From Hamiltosporidium tvaerminnensis FI-OER-3-3 (Eukaryota; Fungi; Microsporidia): 64,000 nt of DNA. Every line of letters begins with the position of its first letter. Positions within the stretch are counted from its first letter, which is position 1. A program made the position numbers and the translations under genes. This document shows, one piece after another, positions 49,908 through 61,985 of this stretch. The notes below the pieces were generated by a model. The model was not told where the DNA came from. It worked only from the letters and a program-made list of their open reading frames with translations, and did no database searches. The stretch spans positions 806,001-870,000 of the forward strand of contig JAKIMF020000004.1 in the NCBI GenBank assembly GCA_022605425.2, read 5' to 3'.

Positions 49908-50640
49908 GTGGAGGGAGGATAACCACATAAAAAACTTTCTGCTTGTCAATGAGTGTGTGAAACTGGTGTGAAGATCATTGTTTGGATTTTTGGTGGGAAT
50001 ACAACCACACTACATCTTCGGTTGTTCCATGGGAGTTGTTATGAAGAGGAGAGGTCTAAGAAATGGAGAAACTTTTTCTACAGATTTATTTGTAGTTTTT
50101 TATGTAACCAGATTGCAGACCGCAGCTGAACATGTAGGTAATTGCCATGTAAAAGCATGGAAACCTAGCCTTGCTCACTCGGGTTAGAAGACTTAGCGCC
50201 TGGGAAATATAAAAATAAAAAACCATTTAAAGTAGGAAAGCTAAGTAGCAGGTTATACCTGTTGGTATGACATTGCACTGTCTAGGTGGACCCCATGTAA
50301 ATCTCTGAAATATATCTTAGCTAGAAGTTTATTGGGTTCAGAAAGTGTAGAGTAAGTGGGAAGGCTGCATAGTCTTGGGGAAGCCCAGGGGGGGGGGGGC
50401 TTCGGCCTTCGATCACACTCCATGCAACGGACATTAACGAACTCCAGGCAACTACCTCGCCTATTAATTAGGTTCTACACACCTGGTAGATGAAAGGCTT
50501 TGGGACGTAGGTATCGCAGGGGTTACCGATGGAGTGTTGGGGTAGCAGTCATTTATGTTAAACCTAGAACTGCGTTAATGTCATAAAAACAAATATAACA
50601 CCTGCCACTATTTTAAAAAGATGTGATACTTTTAAATAAA
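49908..50640 (+). mobile_element. SINE-like structured repeat, copy 9 (young, full length, perfect TSD)
   Basis: GTGGAGGGAGG...TTTTAAATAAA flanked by AGAAAAGGTAAAA at 49895-49907 and 50641-50653. Confidence 0.96.
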
Positions 50641-50814
50641 AGAAAAGGTAAAAAAATTAAATATTTTTGAATTGTGTAAAAATTATGATTTCTTAAGTAT
50701 AAACACACCAATATTTTCGAGACATAATTATTGAATTCTGTGTTAGAACTAAATTTATAAAAAAAATTCAAAAGAAATTTAGGATTATTTAAATTTAATC
50801 AATCAAATATTTTA

Positions 50815-52083
50815 TTAAGATAAAGATTCTGGATTATCCAGTATAAATTTTAGAAATACAGAAATGTTCCACTCAATGGGCATATATACGCCTTTGGTTT
50901 GATTTTTTACTGTTTTTGAATGTCCAAATGATGCTAAAATATTATTATCCATATCGCAATAAAAGTTTAAAGTGTAAAAAATATTTGAAATCGGATTTAA
51001 AATTACTAACTCGTAAGCTTCTTCAGCCCGGGTATCCTCTTTCTTATATGCTTCAATTTTTTCGTCTTTTTTACATTTTTTATATTGGATAGATATGGTT
51101 CTGAAGAATATTGCTTTAAAGTAGTTAATTTTATTCTTATTTACATTCTTACTAAATTCACACAATAAAAGATTTTCGTCTTCAGCGTCGATATATTCTG
51201 GTTTGGATTTGGATTGCGATTTTTTGTCGATTCGTTCGCAGCAAAATGTATATATGAGTTTATAGACTTCAGGTTTATCTGTATCAAATCCTGACAAATT
51301 ATTTGTAATTTTCTTATCTTTATTGATAAAAAATCTATAAATTTTAAATGAATTGTGCAATTTGTGTACTTCAAGCAAAATATTTCGCACATTTTCATTT
51401 CTGTTGCCTTTGCGTATCATTAATATTATTTTATCCGAATTTATCTTGGAGGATACCTGTTTATATTTTTCATTACAAAATTTCAATATGATTTTTCGCA
51501 ACATTTCTTGGTATTTTTTAGAAATTTTTCTATTAAATATTATGGAAATGTCTAATGAGTTTTTGGGTTTCGTTTTCAAAAAAACGTTTGATTTTCCGTC
51601 AGAAATCGATACCAAAAAATCCGCAAATTTTTTCTTTTCGTCAAAAATGCTTGAAATAAAATGTTTACAGGAAGAAAACAGTTCGGGGTGCAATATGTGA
51701 AACTTTAAACCCAAACTTATCTGATTTTGAGTCACATCATCAAATCCTAAGTCAATGTTCTCTGTAGTAGAATCAAGCATTTCGAAATATTTTTCCAAAA
51801 TCAGATCGTTTTGGTTATTATTTATCACCAGATTAAAATGAAAAACATTTATCTTCTTAATTTCGGGATCATACATAAATTCGTATATTTCTTCCATTTC
51901 AATTGACTTGATTCCATTTTTGGGAATTAGTAAATAGTAATCTAATGTCTTTTTATCTTTGATACCTTCCATATTTCCGTCTAATATATTTATAATCATA
52001 TTATCTAAATCTTTTAAATGTATATCTTCACCGTTAAAACAGTTTGTAATCAATATATAAAAAACCAAATGTACAAAAATCAT
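50815..52083 (-). CDS. lineage-specific secreted protein
   Basis: 422 aa with signal-peptide-like MIFVHLVFYILITNC and CC before the ATG. No family recognised. Confidence 0.8.
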   Translation of the reverse strand: MIFVHLVFYILITNCFNGEDIHLKDLDNMIINILDGNMEGIKDKKTLDYYLLIPKNGIKSIEMEEIYEFMYDPEIKKINVFHFNLVINNNQNDLILEKYFEMLDSTTENIDLGFDDVTQNQISLGLKFHILHPELFSSCKHFISSIFDEKKKFADFLVSISDGKSNVFLKTKPKNSLDISIIFNRKISKKYQEMLRKIILKFCNEKYKQVSSKINSDKIILMIRKGNRNENVRNILLEVHKLHNSFKIYRFFINKDKKITNNLSGFDTDKPEVYKLIYTFCCERIDKKSQSKSKPEYIDAEDENLLLCEFSKNVNKNKINYFKAIFFRTISIQYKKCKKDEKIEAYKKEDTRAEEAYELVILNPISNIFYTLNFYCDMDNNILASFGHSKTVKNQTKGVYMPIEWNISVFLKFILDNPESLS

Positions 52084-53679
52084 GGATAAATTAAAAAATT
52101 ATATTTTTTTTCACAATTTGTTGATATTTTTTAATTATTTAAAACAAAATTCGAAAAAAAAGTATTTTAAATATGAAATATAAAGCATATAATACAACAA
52201 AAAATTCATAAAATCTATACTTTTTGAAAAAGGGATCGAAGGTATATATTCCCGCGATAAAATCTCTAGATAGATATTCAAAATTCAATCTTTAATTTAA
52301 AAATGATTTTTTAAAAACACGAGATTTTAATTAGTCCATTTTTGTACAATTGCTTTGCTATATTTTGGTATTTCAATTAACTAAATTGATCATTTTGTTG
52401 TTCAAAAACGGAAATCAATTATTGAATTGGCAAAAATATTTCCAAGATTTGTTTTTTGGTATTTAAGTTACTTTTAGTTCAAAGAAAAATTATAAGAACT
52501 TAATTTGTATAATTATATTTGTTTTTCTATTTATTAATTTCATTTTCCTTTTTTACTGTCTAATTTCTGATTTTGTATTCTTGCCCGCTATTTCCATATT
52601 AATCCAGTATCTCTGTAAAGTGTGCTTCAGAAAATTTCAATATAAAATTATCTGAAAAAAAATGTTACAACTGATTAGTTTTGATTAATCTTTAAAAAAA
52701 TATTGAGAAGAAATTGAATCAAATTAATATAAAGACGTTACACATATAAGAAAATTTATAATTAATAAACTCTATCAAAATTTTAGTTGATATTAAGATA
52801 GGACAAGAAAAAACCTTTTTTCTTTGGCAATACATTGTAAAAATATTTAAAAACTAGAAAAAATAGAAAGATAAACATTTATATATATTTTATGTATTAA
52901 ATTCATAAATATTACTTTATTGCAATATTAAAAACTTGCATTTTGAATTAGAAATTTTAAAACTTAAAAAACCATGAAGAACGACTAGTTTCAAGAGAGT
53001 AAAAATCTTAGACTTGAATATTTAAAAAAAAATTGTACATGATAGCACACTGTGTTATTAATTAAACCTTTATACAATTGATCATATAATTTATCGAGTA
53101 GCATAGAAGAAATTCAAATATGAGTTGAATTTTTTTATTTTTCAAGCATAGTTTTTTAATGATTACAACGAAAAATATATAGATAAGCATAAAGAATTTA
53201 CAAATAAAGGGTGATGGCACATTATGAATCTGATATGGTTTTGTAGCTTTACAGAAAAAAATATAAAATAAAATTGTTAAAATTATTACAAATAACAAGA
53301 CTGTATCAAAAATAGTTTCGAAATAAAAAAAAATATTAAAAAATAAGTATAATTTATCAAGACCTAATTAGACCTTAAAATTTAGATTTATGAAGATATC
53401 TATTCTCAAAATAACATAAAAATTTTGTCTATAATTTGTTTTTAGTAAACAAATAAGTCTGATTGTAGTACCGACTTCTAGAATATTACTTTAAATTTAA
53501 TAAATACAATTTTTAAAAGCTCTACGACTGATATTATTATTATTTTAGAAATATTTTATAAAAAATATATCGAAAGATTAAAATAAATTTTATTTCGTAT
53601 TTATTTATTAAAAAAACTCTAAAATAAAAGAGTAAGGAAATCTCGAGAAATTAAGCTTTTCTGAAATAATTTATATCAA

Positions 53680-54909
53680 TTATTCAGCCAAAGATAGTGC
53701 CTTTCCAATTGACCAGTTAAGATAGAACCCATCGATCTGATTTGTTACAATTATTTCCTTATCATCTTCTAGTTTATATTCATCTAAAAAATTTATTAGA
53801 TAAAATCCTTGTCTGCAAAATTCTGTGTCAAGAAAGGAACATTTCGCCAAAAAATTCCGTTTAATTTGACTCAAAGTAGTTCTTTTATCAATATTTAGCT
53901 GTAATAAGATGTCATAAAAATACGAAACAAGGTATAATTCATCAACAGAATTTATATCTGGTTTTTTGATCTTTTTTAAGGATTCCGTATTATTTGAATC
54001 AATAAATATTTCTTTAAAAATATCTTGACAAGTTTCTAGTGATTTAGTGTCTTTTTGTAAGCAATAAGAAAAATCGGAATGGTTATATATCTTTTCCATT
54101 ACCTCTTTCATTCCATATCCTAAAAATGAATGAACATACATAAAAAAACTATGTGTAGGTATAATATCTCTTTCTGGTAAATTATCATCTTTGTTTTTTA
54201 ATTGAAGTGCTACCTGTACACTTCCACCTCCCATATCAATAATGCCATATGTGGTTTTTCTTGTGTCTTTTTCATTTTTGTTTAAAATTATTTCAGAACA
54301 TTTTTCTATATCTGGATGCCTCAATTTGTTATCTCTTTCCAAATTTTTACAAAATAAATTATAAATTACATTTTTTTCAAATGTTCTAAGATAAATCAAG
54401 GACTCCAGAGCATATATTCCTTCTCTCATACCATCTATAACAGCTATTTCATAATCTTTAACATTTAATTGCTTTGCATGGAAAAACAATTTTATATTTT
54501 CTAAAATATCAGCAGTCAAATCCTCGGATAGCATTCTTAGCCCAGCCGTAGCTTGAAAACTTATCGGTATATCTTTTATAGAAATATTTTTGCTATCTAA
54601 AAATTCAGATCCTTCATCTAAGATGGTTTTTAAGGTTTTTTCTATTTTATCTCTATCTCTCAATGTACTCAGACCAGGTTCACTCTTTGCAACGAAATAA
54701 GAATTTAAAAAATATCCAGGTTCTAAAAACTCATAAATATTCAGACGTGTTCCTGTAGAACCAGCATCTATTACCGCTACGTATTCTGACTTACCCTTAT
54801 ATCCCTTGTCTTCCAAAATAGGTTGAATCTCGGGGAAAACAGAACATAAAATCTTTATAAAATACAATAAAACCATTATAAAATTCATCTTCGAATAATT
54901 ATGTATCAT
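53680..54909 (-). CDS. GDA1/CD39 family NTPDase (apyrase/guanosine diphosphatase)
   Basis: Apyrase conserved regions IDAGSTGTR, ATAGLR, IDGMREG, DMGGGSVQ and NWSIG, with a hydrophobic N-terminus. Confidence 0.93.
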   Translation of the reverse strand: MIHNYSKMNFIMVLLYFIKILCSVFPEIQPILEDKGYKGKSEYVAVIDAGSTGTRLNIYEFLEPGYFLNSYFVAKSEPGLSTLRDRDKIEKTLKTILDEGSEFLDSKNISIKDIPISFQATAGLRMLSEDLTADILENIKLFFHAKQLNVKDYEIAVIDGMREGIYALESLIYLRTFEKNVIYNLFCKNLERDNKLRHPDIEKCSEIILNKNEKDTRKTTYGIIDMGGGSVQVALQLKNKDDNLPERDIIPTHSFFMYVHSFLGYGMKEVMEKIYNHSDFSYCLQKDTKSLETCQDIFKEIFIDSNNTESLKKIKKPDINSVDELYLVSYFYDILLQLNIDKRTTLSQIKRNFLAKCSFLDTEFCRQGFYLINFLDEYKLEDDKEIIVTNQIDGFYLNWSIGKALSLAE

Positions 54910-57078
54910 CCTTATTGTTTACAAAAAAAACAAATTTATAACTTTGTTTCATCTTGAAAATTACTGTAAATAGAAATATAGATTTTCCAAAATAAATATA
55001 TCCGAAACCGATTCCATAAATCAATATAGTTGACATAGTTAATTTTATTTAAATCTTAATTGATTTAAAGAAAGTATTTTAGTATATAAGAGTAAATTTA
55101 AACAAAGCTGTACAATCAAAACAATTTCATTTAGTTTGTTTTGAATTTTAAGCATTTCTATTTACTTTATTTAATACATATTTTAATATTAAAAAATTAA
55201 TTTTTTAGAAATTTCCAATATCAAATTAATATTTCGTTGTACACAGTTAAATAAACTGTTAAAACATTAAGAATTCCAATAAATACTATTATATAATTGA
55301 AGAATAAGTGTTGATATATATTTTACTCTTTAGATACATTTTGTATATTTTTTAGGGTACAGCTTGGTATTGCTTTAATATGTACATTTTCATGCTTAGT
55401 TCGGTTTTAAATTAAATTATTGTTTTTTTTAATATCTGTTATTAACTCATCATATCATGAATCGAAAACATAATTTCTAATATTTCTTTGTACAATATAT
55501 TTCCTTTTTTAGGTTAAAAGGTACACTAAGTTATAAACAATTTCTTTGATTTTCTTCTATTATACTTCAAAATTGATAAGTGATGTTCTGATTATACATT
55601 AAAAAATTTAAATTCGGCATTCAGGTGTTCAATAGTTTGAATATATTTATATTTAGTATGTTAATAGTGGTTCTTTTAAATATCTAGTGATATTTTTAAA
55701 AACCACTCAATGAACTCGATTTATCTGTTCTCTTCATAAAATACTAAGACTCTTTTTGTCCAAAACAAGTTTATATTAAGGCTTGAACTCAAACATTTTT
55801 TTTGCAAACCTAATCCACAAATTTCAAAATTGCTTTAATAATTTTGTTTCTTATATGTTCGTTACAAAAAATTATGTGTGAATATGTTTTTTTACTTAAA
55901 TTTAATCTTGGCTTTTATCAAAGATTAAGCATTTTTTAGCTTTGAACATGACTGAAAATATAAAATGAAATATCTTATTCGAGACATCTGATGCCACTTT
56001 TAAAAATCACGAGCATAAACATGATATAAAATCAAAAAAAAAAACTACCAGTAAAAAACGAAAATAGACATAATTCGTAATGAAATATTTTATATTAGAA
56101 AATGGCTCATGTTTATGAGTTTTTTTTGAATTATAAGTACAAAGATTATTTTAAATATATAGAACTAAGAAAAGAAACTTTATACATTGCAAAGATTGTT
56201 TAAGTGTGACAAAATAAAATTTTAAGTAGGAAGAGATACAATTTGATTAACAAATAAAAATTGTGTGTAAAGCACCTGCATACCATTGTGGACCTACCTT
56301 TTTGAAAAGCTAATTATGGATAAAATTTACATCATGACTGAAGGTATTAGAATTTCAGTTTTATAAATTCAAAAAAAACAACATAAAAAATATCTAAATT
56401 GATGAAGTTGAGTTAGAATATGCAGATAAACATCACGGCATTCAGTTTCTCTCTATATCCCAAATTCAAAAGTTTTTAGCATCAAGTTTAACAATCATAG
56501 ATACAATTTGAACTCGGTCTTCAATGCCGAGAGGTAAAGAGGACTGAAGCACGCAAATAAGTAAAATTTACGCGCAGTAAAAAATTTTTAAGTGTAATTT
56601 AGCAATAGAAATTACATCATTTTAAAAAACAGAAAATAATAAAAGAGAACTTAGAATTAATCATATTAATAGTCGTTTTGGTTTTTAAATGAGATCAAAT
56701 GAAAGAAAATTAGAAAAATCTTAAAGGAATTACAAACATATGCAAGATATAAGATGGGAATTATCATAAATAATGAAAATTGCTATTTCAATTTACGTTT
56801 TGTTTGGATCTTTTGTTAAACGAATCATCTGCTTATTTTTATTTAATTACGTATTTATTCTAAAAGAATGAATTATAGTCACTGTCAAATTAAAAAGTTA
56901 TAAATAAAGTTTCTTAGAACCAGTTTTCGAATAAAATCAATAAATCAACGTTAAAAAAAACGTTCTGAAATTCAAATAGAACATAATATATTCTAACCGC
57001 GTAAAATTTCGCAATTCAGCCTTAATGAGTAAATTAGGCTCCTTTTTTTACTATATAAGCAAAAGAGATATATATCCC

Positions 57079-59366
57079 ATGAATATATTTCAAAAAAATA
57101 AGAAGCTCGTTTTGCTATTAAGCGCATTAGCATTTCATTTGGGGATAGTTATTGGTATTTGTATATTTTCGCTGCATTGTGCAAACAAATCTCTTAAAGT
57201 GTTTGTTGATAATCTTGAAAAGGCTAGAAAGACTGCATATTATCAAAAAATATACAAAGAGCTTGTTGAGTCAAACAGCTGCTGTTTCGATTACAATGTA
57301 AAAAACGACAAAACATTTTATGAATCTGGAATTTACATACCAGACAATGACTTAAAAAGAAGACTCAATGGAATCATAGAAAAAAATACATCCGCGAATA
57401 CGAATATCTCGGAATTCACTAATATATCCGCTTTTGCCGAAAGGTTCCATGTTGATATTGGTAAGCTTAAAAATGGCATTGATAATTATGGTTTTTTTAC
57501 AAAAATTGGTATTTTTTTGCAAAGAAAAAACATATTGAAATCCATTTTAGCCTTATTTCGGCTGTAGCAATTATCAGTGACTTGAAAAATTTTAAGCAAA
57601 AAATTTGTTATGTTGATATAAAAAATGAAATAAAAGTGTTATATAGTCTATTATATGTAAAAAAGGATGATCAGTTAGAGCACAAAATAACCAACCATAT
57701 TGAGTTCAAAATAGAAAAAAGTCTGTCTATTTATAAGATACCAGATATCCTAACATTCCTTTTTTATAGTTATTGTGCAAGTATTGTTGAATCACCGAGA
57801 ACGCCATTACCAACACCCAAAATCCTTACCAGCAGTCTCAGACCCTTTACTGATTCAATCAGCGCCTAGGGAAAGATTTATATCACAAGAACCGCATTTA
57901 TCTACTAGCAGAACAAATTCAAGGTTATCTAACGAAGTAAATTTCGATTCAGTACCCCAATGTCTAAATTCGCTATCGTCACTGTCTGAAAATGACCCAG
58001 GTGCATATCAACAAAATCCTTCTCAACCAAAATCATATTTAGATTAAAATGCTCTGGGTTTAGCTTCAGAACAAATCCCACAAGAAAATCCGCTTTCACA
58101 CGAAGCTTCGAAATTTTTAAGCTTAACAAACACTCACTTACCAAAACATCTCGAAGAAAGACAAACTTATCAAGAATTTCAACCCAGATCACATACACCC
58201 CTAAGCACTGCTGGACAACAAAATACATCAGAACAAGGCTCTACAAATCAAGCAACAAACGGTCGAAACCCAGAGAATAGAATAGAACAGACACAACAGA
58301 CTTGCTTCTATCTGAAGCTAGCAAGCATAGTAGCTTAAAAAACATAGAACCGGAACTTAGTATAAATTCTTGGGAACAGCCTACACAAAATGAAACAGAA
58401 TCAATGATACCCGAGTTAAATTCGATTGAATCTGCATCCCGATCGAATACTTCAAAGAATTTTTCTCCTCTCAGCCAGAAATCGACCCCATCAATACAAA
58501 AAAAAGAACCTGAAATGCAACATTTAGGCGAAAACGCTCCTTCTAACACTTCACCTTTATATTCTCATAGCATTTCTGAATCTCTTCCGACTATATCAAA
58601 ACAAGAAGAGCTCGAGACTAAAGAACATCTTGAACAAGAAAAAACACCCATACAAAAAGAAACCTCTCAGCCCGTGTCAAAGTCTGACGAGTCCGAATCA
58701 AAATCAAATATATCCGAAGAATATTCCCGTGTTAAGCCAGAGGAAATACCATCAATACCACAAACACAACCCGAAAGAGAATTTATGAGCAAGACAGAAT
58801 CTCCTCACACTTCACAGTTTTCTCATCATACACAAGTATCTCCTCCTATTTTATCAAAACAAGAAGAGCTCGAGACTAAAGAACATCTTGAACAAGAAAA
58901 AACACCCATACAAAAAGAAACCTCTCAGCCCGTGTCAAAGTCTGACGAGTCCGAATCAAAATCAAATATATCCGAAGATTATTCCCATGTTAAGCCAGAG
59001 GAAACACCATCAATACCACAAACACAACCCGAAAGATAATTTATGAGCAAGACAGAATCTCCTCACACTTCACAGTTTTCTCATCATACACAAGTATATC
59101 CTCCTATTTTATCAAAACAAGAAGAGCTCGAAACTAAAGAACTTCTTGAACAAGGACGAACACAAAACGAAGATGATCTGATAATACTTAAGGATGAAGA
59201 ACAAGAATCCAAACCAGAACCAACCACATATCATACGAAACAAGAGAGTTCCCTAACCGAAGAACCAACTGCTATAAATACACTGCAAAGTCTATCGAAT
59301 ATTTCAGATCTTGAAAATGTAACAAGTCCATCTCAAAACATTGTCGGAATAGTAACGTCTCTATGA
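57079..59366 (+). pseudogene. disrupted gene for an N-anchored, Ser/Glu/Pro/Thr-rich repeat protein
   Basis: CCC-ATG at 57079, a TM segment, then a chain of same-strand ORF pieces broken by frameshifts. GAA>TAA nonsense change at 59037. Confidence 0.7.
58595..59152 (+). repeat. 258-bp (86-aa) coding tandem repeat, ~2.2 copies
   Basis: ATCAAAACAAGAAGAGCTCGA occurs at 58595, 58853 and 59111. Confidence 0.93.
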
Positions 59367-61269
59367 TATGATTTTTAAATAAAAGTATTAAAGTCTTTTC
59401 GAAATTTTAATTTTCTATTTCGTGTATTAATTTAAAAGTAATATTTCATATTCAGTGCAATGATGAAATTTTAGTTATTTCAGCAATTATTAATTACGCG
59501 GCTGAATTAATACATAATAAATTTTACTTGATTTTTCTCCGTATTAATCAATTTACAGAAAATTAATTAAAAAAATTAATGAAAAATCTTATATAGATGT
59601 TGATATTCATATTGTAGTTTATAAAATCAATAACTTTAAAATAATATTATTCAATTTATTTTTACTGAATATTTACATATTATTATTTCATATTAGATTA
59701 TAATGTAAATAAAACTCTTCAACCATTTTCGCCTTCAATTCATAATTTCGAAAGATAAGATGAAAATTTCGGGGATATATAAAAAAATTTTTCTAATAAA
59801 TTTGTACCATAGTTAGTAAATGAGAAGTAAAAATATATTATACAACTTCTTAAGGAGGTAATATATTTTATTTAAGTCGTAAAAGTGAAATGTTAAGACT
59901 ATGATCTATTTAATAAATACAAACATTATGAAAACATTAATCCGTTTGAATCACGAACTTCAAAAAAGTTAAAGACTATTTAATAAGTATTTTAATAAAT
60001 TGACAGCTAAAAATATCAAAATTGAGAAAGATTTTTAAACATCAACCAAAAATATCAAATATAAGAAATATTATATTGTGTAGATTTAAATAAAAATTAG
60101 CAATAGAAGTATCATACAAAATGTACTTTATTCGACCAAATATATATATTATATTTCAGCGAATATATTCAATGAAAATAACTTAAAATTTTGTTTTGCA
60201 AAATATAGCACATGTAAATTAAAAAATAGATTAAAGTTACCTGGAACTTCAGAAAACAAAACAGAAATTGTTCTGTATTCATAATATGTAAATATTTTTT
60301 ATACAATAACATATAATAGATTTCTACCGGTATATTAAAATTTTTAAATTTTTCAGAGAAATTCTTTTTTTTATATATAATAATTTGAATGCCCAAAACT
60401 ATAAATCGCAGGCAAAAAAAACTTATCAGATGTATAAGAGCGTTTAAATCAAAAAATAAACGAAATTTTATGTTATATTTCAGCAAATAAACGATTTTAT
60501 TTTATCTTTTAATCCTTGAATTCAAAATTATTTATTAAAGTTTAATATCAATTATTCGATACAATTTATTGTTGTACCACATTATATTTTTCCTCAAAAT
60601 AAAACTATAAAATAAAAAATATAAATTCAAAGTATTTTTATTTTCGTTATTCTTTGAAATTATTTTCTCCGATCTTTAATTTTTTATGTTATTTAACATT
60701 TCAGATAAATAATGCTTCTATAATTGCAATAGAATTGCTATTTTTTGAAGAAAAGCGTTTTTAAAACTACGTTTTGTTTAATTATGTTTTTTTTGAAATA
60801 TTTATTCGATCGCTACAAAAAATTCGATTGAAAGGTAAATATTTAAAATAAATGCTGATAAAATATAAAAATTAAATCCAAAGCAGGCATTCAATTTAGA
60901 GGAAATATATTCTCTGAAAAACTAGAAAAAGAAGCGCTTTTTATATTACCTCTAGATTATTTTTTTTAGAAATTTTAAATTAAATTTTATTAATTTAGAG
61001 TTTTTTGTAAGTATGGCAGTAAAAATTTTTACTTTGAAATTTTACGAAAATATTAAATCAATTAAATATTTTAACGTCTTATTTTACATGAAAGATACTA
61101 TTTTGTTTTATTTGTGAATTTTCTAGCTTGTATTTCTTTATATTAAAGCAATTTTTAAAATGATTCGACACACTTTATACTTATTTATTTAAACATAATT
61201 TCTACACCAGTTTATTACATGGAATATTTGATTAAAATTAAAAATATATTAAATATATATTTTATAAAG

Positions 61270-61985
61270 GTGGATAGAGGATAGCAACAACAAAAACCTT
61301 TTGCTTGGCATTGAATGTGTGAGCTGGTGAGAAGATCATTATTGGGTTTTGTCAGGAATAAAGCCACATTGCATCTTCGGTTGTTCTATGGAAGTTTGTA
61401 TGAGGATGAACTCTAAATAATGGCAAATATTTTCTAAAAATTTATTTGTAGTTTTTTATGTAATTAGATTGCAGACAGCAGCTAAAAATGTAAGTAATTG
61501 ACATGTAAAAGCATGGAAACCTAGCCTTGCTCACTCGGATTAGAAGGCTAAGCGGCTGAGAGAAATAAAACCAAAATCATTGAAAGCTGGTAAAACTGAG
61601 ATGCAGTTTAAATTGTATTATGACATTGCCTATCTACGTAAACCCTATGTAAATCTCTGAAATATATCTTAGCTAGAAGTTTATTGGATTCAGAACATGT
61701 AGGGTAAGTATGAATGCAACATAATCTTGAGGTGGGGGCTAGTATGGGCTTCAGCCTTCATCACACTGAATTCAACGAACATTACCGAACTCCGGGCAAC
61801 TACCTTGCCCATTAATTAGATTTTACGCACTTTCTAGATGAAAATCTTTGGAATTAATATCGTAGAGGGTACCTATGAAGTGATTGGAGAACATTTATCT
61901 TTTCTAGCCTTGAACAGCTCTCAATTCATGAACGAAATATAACAAATGCTACTGTTTTCTGAAAGATGTTATATTTTTAAATAAA
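61270..61985 (+). mobile_element. SINE-like structured repeat, copy 10 (moderately diverged, full length)
   Basis: GTGGATAGAGGAT start, collinear with 49908-50640, ends TTTTTAAATAAA. Confidence 0.9.

Noticed and set aside
50120-50170. Hammerhead ribozyme (CTGAACA...GAAAC)
   Set aside because: The core is not CUGANGA and the three-stem geometry could not be built.
49908-50640. Helitron or MITE interpretation of the 730-nt repeat
   Set aside because: There are no TC...CTRR ends and no TIRs, and a 13-bp TSD is present.
56513-56550. Small possible H-type pseudoknot (CTCGGT/GCCGAG with CTTCA/TGAAG)
   Set aside because: The stems are short, single-copy and compatible with chance.
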